Shown one piece after another: positions 60,903 to 64,000 of a stretch of DNA of 64,000 nucleotides; the first letter of the stretch is position 1, and each line of letters opens with the position of its first letter. A program made the position numbers and the translations under genes. Under the pieces are notes generated by a model. It searched no databases. It saw only the letters and a program-made list of their open reading frames with translations, and was not told the origin of the DNA. Origin of the DNA: an uncultured Gemmatimonadales bacterium (GTDB lineage Bacteria; Gemmatimonadota; Gemmatimonadetes; Longimicrobiales; Gaopeijiaceae); assembly GCA_963809895.1 (NCBI GenBank), contig CAWELD010000004.1, forward strand, positions 128,001 through 192,000, given 5' to 3'.

Positions 60903-63339
60903 TCAGTCCTGCCGAAGCGCGACCGCGGGCTGCACCGAGGCCGCCCTCTGTGCCGGAATCAGGCAGGCCAGCGCCGCCACGGCGAGGAATACCAGCGACC
61001 CACCGGCGAAGGTAAGCGGATCGAAGGGGCTCACGCCGAACAGGAGCGAGGTCAGGACGCGCCCGAGCAGGCCGGCCGCCACCAGACCGATGACGACACC
61101 GAGCACGGCCAATCCCATCCCCTGGCGGAGCACCAGTCCTCTCAGGTCGCCGCCGGCGGCCCCCATGGCCAGGCGGATCCCCATCTCCGCGCGCCGCTGG
61201 TTCACCACGTACGAGATGACGCCGTAGATCCCCACCGAGCCCAGGAAGAGCGCCACCAGCGCCGCCAACGCCAGCAGGGTCATGGTGAAGCTGGTGCGGC
61301 TCATGGAATCCCCCACCACCCCACTCATGGTCTGCACGTCGATGATGGGCAGGTCGGGATCCAGTGCCGTGATCTCGCGGCGGATGTCCGGAACCACGCT
61401 CAGGGGATCGCTGCCGGTGCGAACCGCGATGGTCATGGCCCGGACGCCTCCGCCGAGCGAGTCACGCATGGGCATGTAGATGGTCGCCGCGGTGGGCTGG
61501 TCCAGCCCGGCGTCACGCACGTCCCCCACGACCCCTACCACGTCCATGAAGTCGGGGGTGGATGGAGCGATGCGCCGGCCCAGCGCACTGGCATCGGGCC
61601 AGTACTGCTCCTTGAGCGAGGCGCTGATGACGAGGTTGGCCAGAGGCTCCTGGTGGTCCCGGGCATCGAACTCACGCCCCTCCACCACCGGGATCCCCAT
61701 GGTGGCGAAGTAGCCCGGCGTCACCCGCCGCACGGCGAACGCCGGCGGAAAGTCGCCTTCGGCGGTGGGAAACTCCTCGATCTGCGTCGCGAGGATCGCC
61801 CCACCGCCGGTGAGGGGCAGGCTGTTGATCCCGGCGGCGGACGACACCGATGGGATGGCCTCGAGCCGCGCCAGCAGATCATCGTAGAAGCGCGCGGTCG
61901 CCGCTCCGTCGGGGTAGCTGCTGGGCGGCGGTGACAGCCGGAAGGTCACCAGGCCGTCGGCCTGGAACCCAGGGTCCACCGCGCGCAGCCGCTGGAAGCT
62001 CCGCACCATGAGCCCCGATCCCACCAGCAACACCAGGGCCAGCGCGACCTGCATCACGACCAGCCCCGAACGGGCCCGGTTGCGGTCCCTGCCGCTGGTG
62101 GACCCGCGGCCGCCGTCACGCAAAGCGGCCACCATGCGTTTGAGCGATCCCACCCGCAGGGCGGGCAGGAGACCGAAGAGGAGTCCCGCGAACACGGAAA
62201 TCCCCAGGGTATACCCCAGGACCTTCGGATGAAGACCGATCTCCTGGAGACGCGGGATCGACACCGGCGCCCAGCTCACGAGGACGCGAACGCCGATCCA
62301 GGCCAGCAGCACCCCGGCCAGCCCGCCCACCACGGCCAGCACCAGGCTCTCCGTGACGACGTACTGCACCAGACGGCGCCGGCCGGCGCCCAGAGCCGTG
62401 CGCACGGCCGTCTCGCGGTTCCGACCCTCGGCCCGGACCAGGAAGAGGTTCGCCACGTTGCTGCAGGCGATGAGCAGCACGAACCCCACCGTGCCCAGGA
62501 GGATCAGGAGCGGCATGCGGGCCTCGCCCACCATGTCCTCCTTGATCCGGTGCACGTCGGCCTTGCCCGTGAAGACGTTGTTCAGCCAGGCCGGCCCGTA
62601 CCCCGCCTCCCCGAACCGGCTCACCAGATCCGCCCCTTCGGCCGTGGCTGCCTCCAGGGTCACCCCGTCGGCCAGGCGCGCCACGCTCCGGATGTAGTGG
62701 CCGCCGAAGTTCTGGCTGGTGGGATCCAGGGGCAGCGGAACCCACAGGTCGGTATTCGCCTCCGGAAATGCGAAACTCAGCCGGCATGACGCCGATGACC
62801 TCGCGGCTCGTGCCGTTGAGGTCGATGGTGCGCCCCACGATGGACGCATCGCCGCCGAAGCGGTCCTGCCAGAGCCCGTAGCTGAGGATCGCCACCTGTG
62901 GACCGTTGGGTGCCTCCTCCTCCGTCGACGGCAGACGTCCCCGTAGCGGCGCGACGCCCAGCGCCTCGAAGGCGCTGTTGGTGAGCAGGCCCACGCGGAG
63001 CTGCAGTGGCGCACCCTCACCGGTGAGGGGCCACTGACTCGTCACGTAGCCGCCGAAGCTCTCGTAGCTGTGGCTCTTGTCGTGAAAGTGCCAGTAGCCG
63101 CGATCCGAGAAGGGCAGGCGGCCGTCGGGATCCGGGACCAACGGGAAGTCCACCTGCACGAGCTCGTCGGCGTCGGGATAGGGTAGCGGCTCGAGAAGCA
63201 CCGCGTTCACCACCGAGAAGATGGCGGTGTTCGCACCGATTGCCACGGCCAACGTGATCACGGTGATTGCGGTGAATCCGGGGCTACGCAAGAGGACTCG
63301 CAGAGCGAGCCGGACGTCGCGGAGGATCGAGCTGAGCAC
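60903..63339 (-). CDS. Duplicated MacB/FtsX ABC permease (ADOP-type); frameshift near 62773-62775
   Basis: [36 protein letters not shown]; removing one T joins VMPAEF to [10 protein letters not shown]. Confidence 0.9.
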
Positions 63340-63479
63340 GGGGGCTCCGGGCAGAGGGGAGATCGGACGGATGCCGCCGGACCTGCTCACCTACGGAATC
63401 CGCCTTCTCGGGGATTCGACGTCGGCGCTGCCCGTTGGGTTGCACCACCACCACCGCGCGGGCGCGCGGCTGCCTGCCG

Positions 63480-64000
63480 CTACAGCGTGGACCCGATGCG
63501 GTCGAAGAGCCGAGTGGCGTAGTTTCGGCTCAGCTTGAGCTCCTCGCCGGTGTGGAGCCGGACCACGTACCCACCGCTGAACCAGGGGACCAGGCAGTCC
63601 ACCGAGTCGACGTTCACGATCGTCGAGCGATGGATGCGCAGGAAACGGCGGTCGTCGAGCTGCTGCTCCAGGTCGCCGATCTTCCGGCGGACGAGATGCG
63701 TCTTGCCGCCGACGTGGATGTTCACGTAGTTGCCCTCGGCCTCGAGCCAATCGATGTCGGCGACTTTCAAGAAAGCGCACGGCATCGCCGTCCTTGACCA
63801 GCAACCGCTCAGCGGCCAGGCCCCCGTGCACACCTCCCGACGCGCCCTCGGCCGTATCGTCGGTAGCGGCGATCAGGCTCTGCACCGCGGCGCGACGCTC
63901 GGACGCTTCGGCCTCGGTCATGTCGAGGCGCTCCAGCGCCGACGCGAGGCGGGCCTTGTCGAAAGGCTTCAGCAGGTAATCCACCGCGTGCACCTCGAAG
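63480..64000 (-). CDS. LytTR family response regulator, 5' truncated by the window; frameshift near 63772-63774
   Basis: FEVHAVDYLLKPF receiver end; IDWLEAEGNYV, FLRIHRSTIVN, LSRNY. Confidence 0.92.

Overview
About 70% GC, gene-dense chromosomal window. The gene content (three orphan duplicated MacB/FtsX permeases, a TPR Ser/Thr kinase, a carboxypeptidase-regulatory/plug protein, an Ig-repeat lipoprotein) suggests Gemmatimonadota; this is inference. Main blocks: (i) sufC-B-D-Rieske-sufS-sufU-ogt behind a sigma70-like promoter overlapped by a Fur-box-like site; (ii) acyl-CoA/redox genes, a DASS transporter with a Glu/Leu/Phe/Val dehydrogenase, and an Ig-repeat leishmanolysin-like lipoprotein; (iii) a three-subunit 4-hydroxybenzoyl-CoA-reductase-like molybdoenzyme operon with a DUF1460 amidase gene embedded in it; (iv) a pduO operon with two hydrolases whose catalytic motifs look degenerate, followed by a ferredoxin; (v) RDD-HD-ccdA-DsbA-like genes; (vi) an atypical thiolase with a dehydrogenase-hydratase fusion; (vii) a YtrA-type GntR/ABC operon, an M28 peptidase, three permeases and a partial LytTR regulator. 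Signals missed by the ORF track include a 56-aa ORF ending in ERLRELGY behind a sigma54-like promoter, a 328-bp palindrome-rich insert flanked by a 56/57-bp duplication of a convergent gene overlap, and two probable CTG starts. Eight single-base frameshifts in seven genes are most simply explained as long-read consensus errors. No rRNA, tRNA, CRISPR array, integrase or transposase was recognised. All family assignments are by eye from motifs; no database search was run.
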